This document shows, one piece after another, positions 30,850-40,403 of a stretch of DNA of 59,619 nucleotides. The position numbers and the translations under genes were made by a program. How positions within the stretch are numbered: position 1 is the first letter of the stretch; each line of letters opens with the position of its first letter. Origin of the DNA: Candidatus Moanibacter sp. (lineage in GTDB: Bacteria; Verrucomicrobiota; Verrucomicrobiia; Opitutales; UBA2987). Where the stretch lies: positions 1-59,619 of the forward strand of contig CBDCEW010000033.1 of assembly GCA_965215885.1 (NCBI GenBank), written 5' to 3'. Under the pieces are notes generated by a model, which was not told where the DNA came from, made no database searches, and saw only the letters and a list, made by a program, of their open reading frames with translations.

Positions 30850-31947
30850 ATGGTTGAGGATAAGCAGGATTATTCTTTTATTGAGGACGGCGGGCTTGAT
30901 TTCAGTTCGAAAGAGCAGTTCCAGTACTACGAACTGGAGATAAAGGGGGTTATTCAGGAGACGGAAGACGCGAGGTCTTTTGTATTCGGGATCCCAGAGG
31001 AATTGCACCCCCTGTTTCAGTACGACTCCGGCCAGTACCTGACATTTAAGATTCCCTGTAACGGCATGGATTTGGTCCGTTGCTATTCGCTGGCCAGTTC
31101 GCCCATTCTCGGAGAACCGCACAAGGTGACGGTGAAGAGAATTACCGACGGTCGCATCTCCCATTGGTTGAACGATCGGCTGAAAATTGGAGACGTTCTC
31201 AAAGTAATGCCACCTTTGGGGAAATTCGTTCTCAACAAAGGGCGGAGCGAAGACGATGAAATCTATCTCTTTTCAGGCGGGAGCGGCATTACACCGGTGA
31301 TCTCAATTCTCAAGACGGCTCTGATGACCAGCAGGCGGAGTATTCGTTTTCTCTACGCCAACCGGGGGAGGGAATCGATCATATTCAAGGATGAACTCGA
31401 TCAACTTCAGCGTGTCTATTCGGACCGCCTGGAACTTACTCATCGTCTGGATGAAATCGATGGCTTTCTAACGCGCGAAGATGTTATGGAATTTATCGAT
31501 GGGCATAAAAGCGCCGACTTCTATATGTGCGGTCCAGGGCCTTTCATGGACATCGTGGAAAGCACTTTGAGAGAAATCGGTATTCCAGAAGACCGGATTT
31601 TTATCGAGCGGTTTATGTCGCCTCCGGATCCGGGAGAAGTGAGCGTCTCGGCCGGTGAGGAGGAAGTTGCGATTCCTGAGAAACTTACAGTCGATCTTTA
31701 CGGGAAGGTATATGAACTGGAATACACCAGGGGAGTGACAGTTTTGCAGACAGGGTTACGCGCCGGAATTAATCCGCCCTTCTCCTGCGAAAGTGGCTTC
31801 TGTGCCGCCTGTAAAGCGCGTCTGCTCGAAGGCGAGGTGCGTATGTTGAACAACGATGTGCTCACCGAAGGGGAGCTTCAGGATGGCTTCGTACTCACCT
31901 GCCAGTCACTGCCTACGGCAAAGGTCTGCTCAGTGCGTTACGAATAG
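30850..31947 (+). CDS. FAD/NAD ferredoxin reductase with C-terminal 2Fe-2S (KshB/PaaE-like)
   Basis: RCYSLAS, GGSGITP, YMCGP, CESGFCAAC...LTC. Confidence 0.9.
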   Translation: MVEDKQDYSFIEDGGLDFSSKEQFQYYELEIKGVIQETEDARSFVFGIPEELHPLFQYDSGQYLTFKIPCNGMDLVRCYSLASSPILGEPHKVTVKRITDGRISHWLNDRLKIGDVLKVMPPLGKFVLNKGRSEDDEIYLFSGGSGITPVISILKTALMTSRRSIRFLYANRGRESIIFKDELDQLQRVYSDRLELTHRLDEIDGFLTREDVMEFIDGHKSADFYMCGPGPFMDIVESTLREIGIPEDRIFIERFMSPPDPGEVSVSAGEEEVAIPEKLTVDLYGKVYELEYTRGVTVLQTGLRAGINPPFSCESGFCAACKARLLEGEVRMLNNDVLTEGELQDGFVLTCQSLPTAKVCSVRYE

Positions 31948-32052
31948 TCCATTTAGATCTTTCTTTGTTGCAATGTCCCAAGCCGCACAGTTCATATTCA
32001 GGATCAAGGGTGAAATCATTTGCAACACCCTTGAGATGGAGATCCGATAAAC

Positions 32053-32919
32053 GTGGCAGACGACAACATACTGGGTAAGGGGAATCACCTGAAGAGCATC
32101 CTGGCGCAACCACGTTTTGAGATAGTCCCACTGAAATGGGTGAAAAAGCAGTTTCCTTATCTGCCGCTGGGGGCTGCGGTAAGTGTAACTTGCTCGCCCA
32201 GGTACGGTCTGGATCGGACAGTTGATGTTGCACAGATGCTGCAGACGCATGGATTTTGTGCGATTCCCCACATTTCTGCACGTCAGGTGACTGGTCGCGA
32301 TCACCTCGAGGCACTTCTAGAGCGTTTCGGCGAAGCGGGGATTCGTGACGTCTTCGTTATCGGGGGAGATTGTTCAGAGCCGGTCGGTCCCTTCAGTTCG
32401 GCTGGGGAGCTTCTTCACGCCATGGCCGACTTGGACCATGAAATCGAGAGTATCGGAATTGGAGCCTACCCTGAGGGACATCCCTTGATAGGAGATGACG
32501 CGCTTATCGAAGCCCTGCAAGATAAAGAGCAGTTTGCTTCCTACATTGTTACGCAGATCTGCTTTGAACCCGAAACTGTAATGCGCTGGCTGGGGGACAT
32601 ACGCCGTCGAGGGATCGATTTGCCGGTCTATCTCGGGGTTCCGGGAGCGGTAAAGCTCGGGAAGCTCATCGAGATTTCTCTACGTATCGGAGTGGGGGAC
32701 TCCGTCCGTTTTTTGAGAAAACACGAGGGAATGTTGGGGCAATTTCTGCGTGGCCAATACCGGCCGGACGCTTTCGTGCACGAGGCAGCAGCGTTTGCCG
32801 GCGATCCACAACTGAATATTAAGGGTCTCTATTTCTTCACATTCAATCAGGTAGAGAATACCGAGAAGTGGAGAGCGGAGGTTCTGCGCGATAGTAAAGC
32901 GACCGCCTCAATCGACTAG
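32053..32919 (+). CDS. metF: Methylenetetrahydrofolate reductase family protein
   Basis: PHISAR, GGD, GAYPEGHP, IVTQICF, FFTFN. Confidence 0.8.
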   Translation: MADDNILGKGNHLKSILAQPRFEIVPLKWVKKQFPYLPLGAAVSVTCSPRYGLDRTVDVAQMLQTHGFCAIPHISARQVTGRDHLEALLERFGEAGIRDVFVIGGDCSEPVGPFSSAGELLHAMADLDHEIESIGIGAYPEGHPLIGDDALIEALQDKEQFASYIVTQICFEPETVMRWLGDIRRRGIDLPVYLGVPGAVKLGKLIEISLRIGVGDSVRFLRKHEGMLGQFLRGQYRPDAFVHEAAAFAGDPQLNIKGLYFFTFNQVENTEKWRAEVLRDSKATASID

Positions 32920-33122
32920 GAGCCTTAAAATTTTCCGACAGGTTCCCGGAAAGAAGAAAATCTCAGAGCATTCTTATTGATAATCGATTATTATTTCTAA
33001 CTTGGTAATTCCCCGTCCCGGCGTGCCGTGACGGGGAGTATTCATTAAAAACAGGAAGTTCTCGGTTTATGCTCAGACAATATTTAATTGTAAACGGGGA
33101 TGGGTAGTATCAGATTGGATGG

Positions 33123-33584
33123 ATGACACCTGAAGAGAAACTGGCGCAACTTGGATTGGAACTTCCACCCGTTCCGGAACCGGCGGGAGTCTATGTTCCG
33201 TATCTTGCCATTGAGGATCTGGCCTATGTATCCGGACATGGACCGGTGCAGTCCGACGGTACTCTCATGAGCGGCAAGGTAGGTGCGGGCCTTACGGTGG
33301 ATGAAGGTAAAGCCGCCGCGCAGCAGGTTGGATTGGCGATACTGTCGACTCTGAAGCATAGCCTTGGTGATCTGAGCCGGGTAAAGCGGGTCGTCAAGTT
33401 ACTCGGCATGGTCAACTGCCCGGCTGATTTCACGGATCACCCCACCGTCATCAACGGCTGCAGTGAACTCTTCGGGGAGGTCTTTGGGCGCGAGAATGGC
33501 ATTGGCGTACGCAGCGCGGTAGGGATGAATTCGCTTCCCGGAGATATTCCGGTAGAAATCGAGGCGATTTTCCAGGTCCGCTAG
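33123..33584 (+). CDS. RidA/YjgF family protein
   Basis: YVSGHGP, V.NGCS.L, RSAVG..SLP...PVEIE. Confidence 0.9.
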   Translation: MTPEEKLAQLGLELPPVPEPAGVYVPYLAIEDLAYVSGHGPVQSDGTLMSGKVGAGLTVDEGKAAAQQVGLAILSTLKHSLGDLSRVKRVVKLLGMVNCPADFTDHPTVINGCSELFGEVFGRENGIGVRSAVGMNSLPGDIPVEIEAIFQVR

Positions 33585-33596
33585 CATTGAGAAAAT

Positions 33597-33690
33597 GAAT
33601 CTGTCGGTATGAACTTGGCCGGAACCTACATTGGTCGCGTTGAAATCTAAGCCTCGCAATTATTGCGAAAGCACAAGTCCGACAGGTTCC
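33597..33690. mobile_element. Degenerate MITE family C copy
   Basis: GAATCTGTCGG...CCGACAGGTTCC, same length as the other copies. Confidence 0.55.
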
Positions 33691-33725
33691 CAGGGCGAAC
33701 TCGTGGGGGGCACATCAGGATAGGC

Positions 33726-34835
33726 ATGTCTTCGAAGTGGTATGATTTCGCGGAGTCAAAAGAGACTCCATCACCTGCCTTGATTATTTACCCGCAACGC
33801 GTCGCGGAGAATATTCGGGATATGATTTCGATAGCAGGGTATCCCACGCGTCTGCGCCCCCACGTAAAAACACACAAGCTTCCGGAAATCGTGAGGATGC
33901 AGATGGAGTCCGGCATTCAAAAATTCAAATGCAGCACGATTGCGGAGGCGGAGATGTTGGCGGGATGCGGGGCGAATGACGTCCTTCTCGCCTATCAGCC
34001 GGTCGGACCCAACATCAGGAGGATCGTGCAGCTGGCGAAGAATCATCCAACTACAGAATTCAGCGTCATCGTCGATGACATTGATACGGTAAGGGATATC
34101 TCTGATCGCTGTGTGGCGTCGATCGTCTCTCTGGAGCTTTTCATCGATCTGGATGTTGGGATGCATCGATCGGGAACCTCGCCCGGGTCCGCTGCAGTTG
34201 AGCTGGCCAGAATGATTAATAAACTTTCGGGAATAACGATGGGTGGATTCCACGTCTACGACGGCCACATCGTCGCTTCATCTATCGATGAGAGGCGAAG
34301 AGAGTGCCGTCATGCAATGGAACCGGTCCTGACGTTGCGAAGCGACATGAGGCAGATGGGCCTGGAAGTGCCCCGCATCGTCGCAGGAGGTACCTCGACA
34401 TTCCCGATCCACGCCGAATCGGCGGACATTGAATGTAGTCCCGGAACCTGTCTCCTTTGGGATTTCGGCCACGGAGACCGCTATCTCGATCTGCCGTTTC
34501 TTCAGGCCGCTTCCCTCATGACACGTGTGGTGAGCTTTCCGGCGAGTGGTCGAATGTGTCTCGACCTGGGACACAAAGCGGTGGCGGCCGAGAAGCCGCC
34601 TCCCCACGTGCGGTTTCTCGATTTGCCTGATGCTGAGCAGATTCTTCATAGCGAGGAGCATCTCGTGATAAAAACGGAGCGCGCCAACGAGTTTCGAGTC
34701 GGCGATCTCCTCTTCGGTATACCGGTCCATATCTGTCCAACCTGCGCCCTTTATGGCGAGGCGATCGTCGTGGAGGACGGCCACGCTGTCGATCGCTGGA
34801 GCGTCGTAGCGCGGAAGAGATGCTTGACCGTCTAG
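33726..34835 (+). CDS. D-threonine aldolase / DSD1 family PLP enzyme
   Basis: LRPHVKTHK, D.GMHR.G, YDGH, SEEH, HICPT. Confidence 0.88.
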   Translation: MSSKWYDFAESKETPSPALIIYPQRVAENIRDMISIAGYPTRLRPHVKTHKLPEIVRMQMESGIQKFKCSTIAEAEMLAGCGANDVLLAYQPVGPNIRRIVQLAKNHPTTEFSVIVDDIDTVRDISDRCVASIVSLELFIDLDVGMHRSGTSPGSAAVELARMINKLSGITMGGFHVYDGHIVASSIDERRRECRHAMEPVLTLRSDMRQMGLEVPRIVAGGTSTFPIHAESADIECSPGTCLLWDFGHGDRYLDLPFLQAASLMTRVVSFPASGRMCLDLGHKAVAAEKPPPHVRFLDLPDAEQILHSEEHLVIKTERANEFRVGDLLFGIPVHICPTCALYGEAIVVEDGHAVDRWSVVARKRCLTV

Positions 34836-35670
34836 CGCATCTCGGAGCCACCTGCAACGCTGATTGAAAGCCCGGTTAGGAAATCGGAATCGGCCGAAGC
34901 GAGGTAGGCCGCCATCGATGCGACATCGGACGTTTGCGTGATCCGTCCCAGAGGTATCTGGGACACATTTTTTTCTAAGAAATCGAGACGGCGGGAACCA
35001 CTATCGTCATGGGTCTCGGCAATTTCGTCGGCGATAAAACCGATGCGTTCGGTATTGGTGAGCGCTGGGCAGATCGCATTGACATTGATGGGGAGGGCGC
35101 GAGTTCGAGAGCGAGAGATTGGGTGAAACCGATGAGGGCGAATTTCGAGGAACAGTAGGCGGCGTAGCGGGCGACTCCACGTTTCCCGGCTGTCGAGGAA
35201 ATCACGATTATCTTTCCTCCTATTTCTCGTTCGATCATTGATTGCGCTACCGATTTGCAACAGAGAAAGGTTCCTTTTACATTTGTATTCTGGACCAGGT
35301 CCCAGGCCTCTTCCTCGAGTTCTACTACCGGTCTGCGGTCACGTCCCGGGCGGGCCCCTGCGTTTGCCACGAGAATATCGATCTTTCCGAAACGCTCGAG
35401 CCCTTCTTCCACCATGCCTTCCACCTGAGAAGAATCCCTAATATCGGCCACTATACTAATCGCACTCCGTTCCAGTTGTTCGACCTCGTGAACGACCTCG
35501 AATAAACCGCCCCAATTCGGATTCTGCTCGGTATACGGTTCCATGGTGATGTCGCTTACAATGATATCGGCGCCCTCTTGGGCGAGCCTCAGCGCGATTG
35601 CCCGTCCTATGCCTTTTTCGCCACCCGCGCCGGTTATGAGCGCGACTTTTCCGGTCAGGTCGTGGGTCAT
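34832..35670 (-). pseudogene. SDR oxidoreductase, frameshifted near 35090
   Basis: TGAG...GIG, NAG and YCSSK in one frame; INVNAICP...IPLGR..LTG..ISV.GG in another. Confidence 0.85.
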
Positions 35671-35902
35671 GATTCTATTATCGTTGTATTCCAGATTCCG
35701 AATTTAGAATTGGGGTACTCAGGAGATACCGGGAAAAGCTGAAATACCACACTAAACTTCCCAGGCGATACCTCTCGGCCGCAATATCTATATATCCCGT
35801 GAGGAATTTTCTTGTCGAAAGGTGTTCTTTTCGCTTTGCATATAGAGAAAAGTTCCCTATTAATGTATTTGTCTCTTACCTAAAACGGGATTGCCTCTAG
35901 AC

Positions 35903-36296
35903 ATGAGTGAGCAGTTTAGCTTCAGCGCCGGCGAAGTGATTATTAAAGAAGGTGACAAGGACACCCGCCTATTCGTCCTGCAAAGCGGTGAGTTGGAGAT
36001 CCGAAAGGGTGAGAAGGAAATTTCGGTCCTTGATACCCCTGCGAGTATGGTAGGTGAGATTGGAGTTGTCCTCTATCTGATTGAAGCGTTGCTGCTCATC
36101 TGAAGAACCGAGAACCTGCAGTGTCATCGCCAAGACCGACTGCGAACTCATGTTGGTTGGAAACGATGTGAATGATATAATCGAGTCCAGCCCCAGAATG
36201 ACGAAACTCATCATGCAGGAGCTCGCTGAGAAACTTCAGAAGACTACGGCGGAATTTGCGTCCATTTCGGATGTGATGTTCAGAAAGGAAGTCTGA
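35903..36296 (+). pseudogene. Single-domain cyclic-nucleotide-binding protein, frameshifted
   Basis: GEVIIKEGD..GEIG, then PRTCSV in another frame; about 28 extra bp at 36074-36101; intact paralogue at 52965. Confidence 0.75.
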
Positions 36297-36373
36297 TCAG
36301 TCCGACGGACTTGGCTTTTGGTTTGAAAGCAGCCCTTACCCCGAACCACTGATTTCCGCTGCCCTCTTAAGTG

Positions 36374-36555
36374 CTAGCCCGCATATTTCACACACTTCGT
36401 CGCGAGACAGCGGAGGTTGCGGCGGATCAAGGGCTTACCAAAGTCCGGCGGATGACGGTGTGTTGGAACACGTGGAAGTCGGCGGACGAGGCAAGTCCTT
36501 GAGGTGCCGTAAGATCCGCTGTCGTAGCAGATGGCTTGTGAAATATGCGGGCTAG
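36374..36555. mobile_element. 182-bp MITE with family-B-like ends
   Basis: Perfect 19-bp inverted ends CTAGCCCGCATATTTCACA...TGTGAAATATGCGGGCTAG. Confidence 0.85.
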
Positions 36556-37409
36556 AATTCGAAGGAGGCAGTGTACTCTTTTTGGAATCGAGTTGTAATG
36601 CGATTGAGTTCGTCGATTCCTTTCGTCGCGATTTCACCGACGACGACGCGAATGGGTCTCTCGCCTGACGGAGTGTCGATAATAGTCCTGATAGTATTGG
36701 CTACTTCCCTGGGGTCGGGGAGTTCAGATCCGGACATGATTCTCCCGAAAAATGCGTTCAGCCTGTCTGGTAATTCGGCAACCTCGCCGTAGCCTTCCAG
36801 TCGATCTGTATCGGCCGGCGCGAGGGCGTTTGGGCCCATATTGGTGGGAAAGGCTCCCGGCTCGATGCTTACCGAATCAATATTAAAAGTTGCCAGTTCC
36901 TCGGCGTAGGACTCTGAGAGTGCTTCCAGCGCGTACTTCGTCGCGCTGTAAATGCTCAATGTGGGAAAGTAGAGCCGACCAGCGGCGCTCGTAATGTGCA
37001 CGAGCAGTCCGGATTTTCTCTTCCGCATAGAGGGAAGCACAGCTCGATTCACGCGCATCGGTCCGAAAGTGTTAACATCGAAGAGAGCCTGGGTTTGCTT
37101 AATGGTGAAGGTTTCGAGGAGCCCACAGGCGCCGACTCCAGCGTTGTTTACGACGACATCGATATGCCCCTCCGAGCTCAGTATATCATCTACAGCCGAT
37201 CGCACGGAAGTTTCCGAGGTCACATCCATTTCCGATACAGTCACGGCATGACCCTTTTCTTCACCCCATTGGGCCATACCTCGCGCTGCTTCAGCGTTCC
37301 TGCTGTCAATGTTTCGCATAGTGGCAAAGACGTGGTGTCCGGACTCTGCCAATACCTCGGCTATTATTCGACCGAATCCGCTGCTGCTTCCCGTTATAAG
37401 TACATTCAT
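36552..37409 (-). CDS. SDR family oxidoreductase
   Basis: TGSSSGFG, NNAG, YSATK, IEPG. Confidence 0.9.
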   Translation of the reverse strand: MNVLITGSSSGFGRIIAEVLAESGHHVFATMRNIDSRNAEAARGMAQWGEEKGHAVTVSEMDVTSETSVRSAVDDILSSEGHIDVVVNNAGVGACGLLETFTIKQTQALFDVNTFGPMRVNRAVLPSMRKRKSGLLVHITSAAGRLYFPTLSIYSATKYALEALSESYAEELATFNIDSVSIEPGAFPTNMGPNALAPADTDRLEGYGEVAELPDRLNAFFGRIMSGSELPDPREVANTIRTIIDTPSGERPIRVVVGEIATKGIDELNRITTRFQKEYTASFEF

Positions 37410-37526
37410 GAATTACCCTCGGTTATTTGATTGAACTCTCTTTGGCTTTGACATGGGCCAATGAATTTGGGATCGCAGAGTATGTAAAGGAGAAACCGGC
37501 AATTTGTCGATTCGTCCTGAAATTCC

Positions 37527-38498
37527 ATGACTCCCTCACCAACAGATTTTCCCAAACCGGTTGCAAAACGTGTTGGCAAGCGTTTCGATTCATCTGGAGG
37601 AAACATCGTTGACGCTGTAGGCAATACTCCTCTTGTCGAATTCACCCGGCTTTCCGAAGAAGTTGCACCGGTCCGGGTGAGCGCGAAGGCAGAGTGGTTT
37701 AATCCTGCAGGTTCGGTGAAGGATCGACCCGCGCTAAACATCATCCGGGAGGCCGAGAAGTCGGGTCAACTGACGAAAACTAAAGCTATTCTCGACGCGA
37801 CATCGGGTAACACCGGAATCGCCTATGCGATGATGGGAGCTGCCTTAGGTTATAAAGTGACCCTAACGGTACCCCAAAACGTCGGGGAATTTCATAAAAA
37901 AATACTTGGGGCCTATGGGGCTGAAATCACTTTTTCCAGCGCACAACTGGGCTCGGACGGAGCGATTCTTGCCGCTCGGAGATTGTTTGAAGAACGACCC
38001 GATTCTTTCTATTATGCCGACCAGTACAACAATCCAGCCAATTGGCAGGCCCACTACGAAGGCACGGGATGTGAGATCATCAAGCAGACCGGTGGGGAGG
38101 TCACCCATTTTGTGGCAGGTCTGGGCACCAGCGGCACTTTCGTCGGCACCGGACTTCGTCTTAAAGAGTATAATGAGAAAATCAGGTTGATTTCGTTTCA
38201 GCCGGAATCTCCCATGCATGGATTGGAGGGATTAAAGCATTTTCCGACTTCTATTGTCCCAGGAATCTATAGGTCCGGTCTGGCGGACGAAGAGATTACC
38301 GTGAAAACGGAAGAAGCTCAGGATACAGTGAAACGCCTCGCCCGGGAGGAAGGGCTGATGGTGGGACCTTCCGGTGGCGCAGCTGTCGCGTGCGCCCTGA
38401 GAGTGGCCCGATCGTTATCTTCCGGTTGGGTGGTTACTTTGATTCCGGATAGCGCGGCAAAATACCTCAGCCAGCAGTTTTGGGAATTCGAACCATGA
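37527..38498 (+). CDS. cysM: PLP-dependent cysteine synthase family protein (CysM-like)
   Basis: NPAGSVKDR, ATSGNTG, GLGTSGT, G.S.GA. Confidence 0.88.
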   Translation: MTPSPTDFPKPVAKRVGKRFDSSGGNIVDAVGNTPLVEFTRLSEEVAPVRVSAKAEWFNPAGSVKDRPALNIIREAEKSGQLTKTKAILDATSGNTGIAYAMMGAALGYKVTLTVPQNVGEFHKKILGAYGAEITFSSAQLGSDGAILAARRLFEERPDSFYYADQYNNPANWQAHYEGTGCEIIKQTGGEVTHFVAGLGTSGTFVGTGLRLKEYNEKIRLISFQPESPMHGLEGLKHFPTSIVPGIYRSGLADEEITVKTEEAQDTVKRLAREEGLMVGPSGGAAVACALRVARSLSSGWVVTLIPDSAAKYLSQQFWEFEP

Positions 38499-38923
38499 AG
38501 ATTCATATCCGACGGGAGCACACCGAATCGATCAGGAATCAAGGTGAGGAGAATTACCCTGACGAGTGTTGCGGCTTTCTTCTAGGGAAAGAATGCAACG
38601 GTGTTAAGGAGGTGGGAACGGTGGTATCCGCTGCTAATAAGGCGGATGGAGGTGAGTGATACCACCGGTTTTTGATCTCACCAGAAGATTACCTGGCACA
38701 GGAGCGGCGGGCCAGAAAGCACGGTCAGAATATTGTTGGATTTTACCATTCTCATCCCGACGCGGAGGCTCGTCCCTCTAAGTTTGACAGGGAACATGCG
38801 TGGCCATGGTACTCTTATGTTATTGTCTCCGTGGAAAACCGTAGAGCGAAGGAGTTAGCATCCTGGGTCTTGCGGGCCGATCGGGCCGCGTTTGCTCGAG
38901 AAAATTTGATCATCGTTAGTTAA
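38495..38923 (+). pseudogene. JAB/MPN (M67, Mec-like) metallopeptidase with an in-frame TGA at 38657
   Basis: YPDECCGFLLG before the stop and GFYHSHPD...PS.FD after it, same frame; ATG overlaps the cysM stop. Confidence 0.85.
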
Positions 38924-38936
38924 AGGAGGTTTGAAA

Positions 38937-40403
38937 ATGGCGGTTACTGTTCAGATACCAACAGCATTAAAGCAATATGCCGGGGATCAGGATGCGATCG
39001 AGTTTGAGGGAAGCACGACCGGCGACATTCTTGCGAATCTTACTCAAAAGTTTCCCGAACTAAAGGCGCACCTTTATAATGACGACGGGGTTCTGCGAAA
39101 CTTCGTCAATGTCTACCTGAACGATGAGGACATTCGTTATCTCAACCGGGAGGAGACAGCGGTAAAGGACGGCGACGTCGTGATGATCGTCCCAGCGGTG
39201 GCGGGCGGCTCTCCGGTTGATGTGCCTGGTAGTCCGGCTCATACGGATGCAGCTCCAGACGAACTTTCAAAGGAAGAGATTGAACGTTATAGCCGTCATC
39301 TTCTCATTCCCGAGGTGGCGGTTTCCGGCCAGAAAAAGATTAAGGGGGCCGAAGTGTTATGCGTGGGAACGGGTGGACTCGGTTCTCCTCTGGCCATGTA
39401 TTTGGCCGCGGCAGGTGTCGGTCGTATAGGTCTGGTGGATTTCGATATCGTCGAGGCGACGAACTTGCAGCGCCAGATTATCCATGGCACGAAGGATATC
39501 GGCCGATCCAAACTCCAGTCGGCCAAAGAGTCGATCGAAGACATTAACCCGAATGTTCAGGTAGATCTATTCGAAGCTTCGCTTTCCTCGGCAAACGCTT
39601 TCGAGATTATTGAGCCCTACGATATTGTCATTGACGGCACTGACAACTTTCCAACGCGCTATCTGGTTAATGATGCGTGCGTCCTTTTGGGGAAGCCCAA
39701 CGTTTACGGCAGTATCTTTCGATTTGAAGGACAGGCTTCCGTCTTCTGGACGAAGAAGGGTCCCTGCTACCGCTGTCTGTATCCAGAGCCACCACCACCG
39801 GGTCTGGTTCCCAGTTGCGCGGAAGGTGGTGTCCTGGGAATTCTGCCTGGGATTGTGGGAGTCATGCAGGCGACCGAAGCCATAAAACTGATTCTTGGAA
39901 TAGGGGATACGCTTGTTGGGCGTCTGATTCTTTTCAACGCCCTTTCGATGACGTTCAGGGAGCTGAAACTGAGGAAAGATCCCAAATGTTCGATTTGTGG
40001 GGAGAGCCCCACCATCAACCAACTGATCGATTACGAGCAGTTTTGCGGCATCGGAACGGAAGCTGATGAGGTAGTGCTCGAGCCCGATTCCGTAATAACC
40101 GCAAGCAGGTTGAATGAGCGGCTGAACCGAGGGGATGAGATTTCTATTCTTGATGTCCGCGAACCGCACGAATTCGAGATCTGCCGCATTTTGGGATCGA
40201 CGCTTATACCCTTGGGAGAGCTCCAATCGCGTGTCGGCGAACTCGACCGCGATTCTGAGATCGTGGCCCACTGCAGGTCCGGCGTTCGCAGCGCCAAGGC
40301 GGTGAAGCTGTTGCGGGAGGCCGGTTTCACCAAAGTGAAGAACCTTACCGGTGGCGTTCTGGCATGGTCCGATGAGGTGGATCCAACCATGCCGAAATAC
40401 TAG
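38937..40403 (+). CDS. moeB: MoaD/CysO sulfur carrier fused to MoeZ (MoeB adenylyltransferase plus rhodanese)
   Basis: FVNVYLNDEDIR..VPAVAGG, then RYSRH, GTGGLGS, TDNF, CYRC, C..GGV, rhodanese CRSGVRS. Confidence 0.9.
   Translation: MAVTVQIPTALKQYAGDQDAIEFEGSTTGDILANLTQKFPELKAHLYNDDGVLRNFVNVYLNDEDIRYLNREETAVKDGDVVMIVPAVAGGSPVDVPGSPAHTDAAPDELSKEEIERYSRHLLIPEVAVSGQKKIKGAEVLCVGTGGLGSPLAMYLAAAGVGRIGLVDFDIVEATNLQRQIIHGTKDIGRSKLQSAKESIEDINPNVQVDLFEASLSSANAFEIIEPYDIVIDGTDNFPTRYLVNDACVLLGKPNVYGSIFRFEGQASVFWTKKGPCYRCLYPEPPPPGLVPSCAEGGVLGILPGIVGVMQATEAIKLILGIGDTLVGRLILFNALSMTFRELKLRKDPKCSICGESPTINQLIDYEQFCGIGTEADEVVLEPDSVITASRLNERLNRGDEISILDVREPHEFEICRILGSTLIPLGELQSRVGELDRDSEIVAHCRSGVRSAKAVKLLREAGFTKVKNLTGGVLAWSDEVDPTMPKY

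Noticed and set aside
38657..38659. Second selenocysteine codon
   Set aside because: Not in a Cys or redox motif and no clear SECIS-like hairpin follows; a nonsense change is simpler
37527..40403. Ubiquitin-like anti-phage conjugation system
   Set aside because: No E2 or effector; CysM and rhodanese point to sulfur transfer
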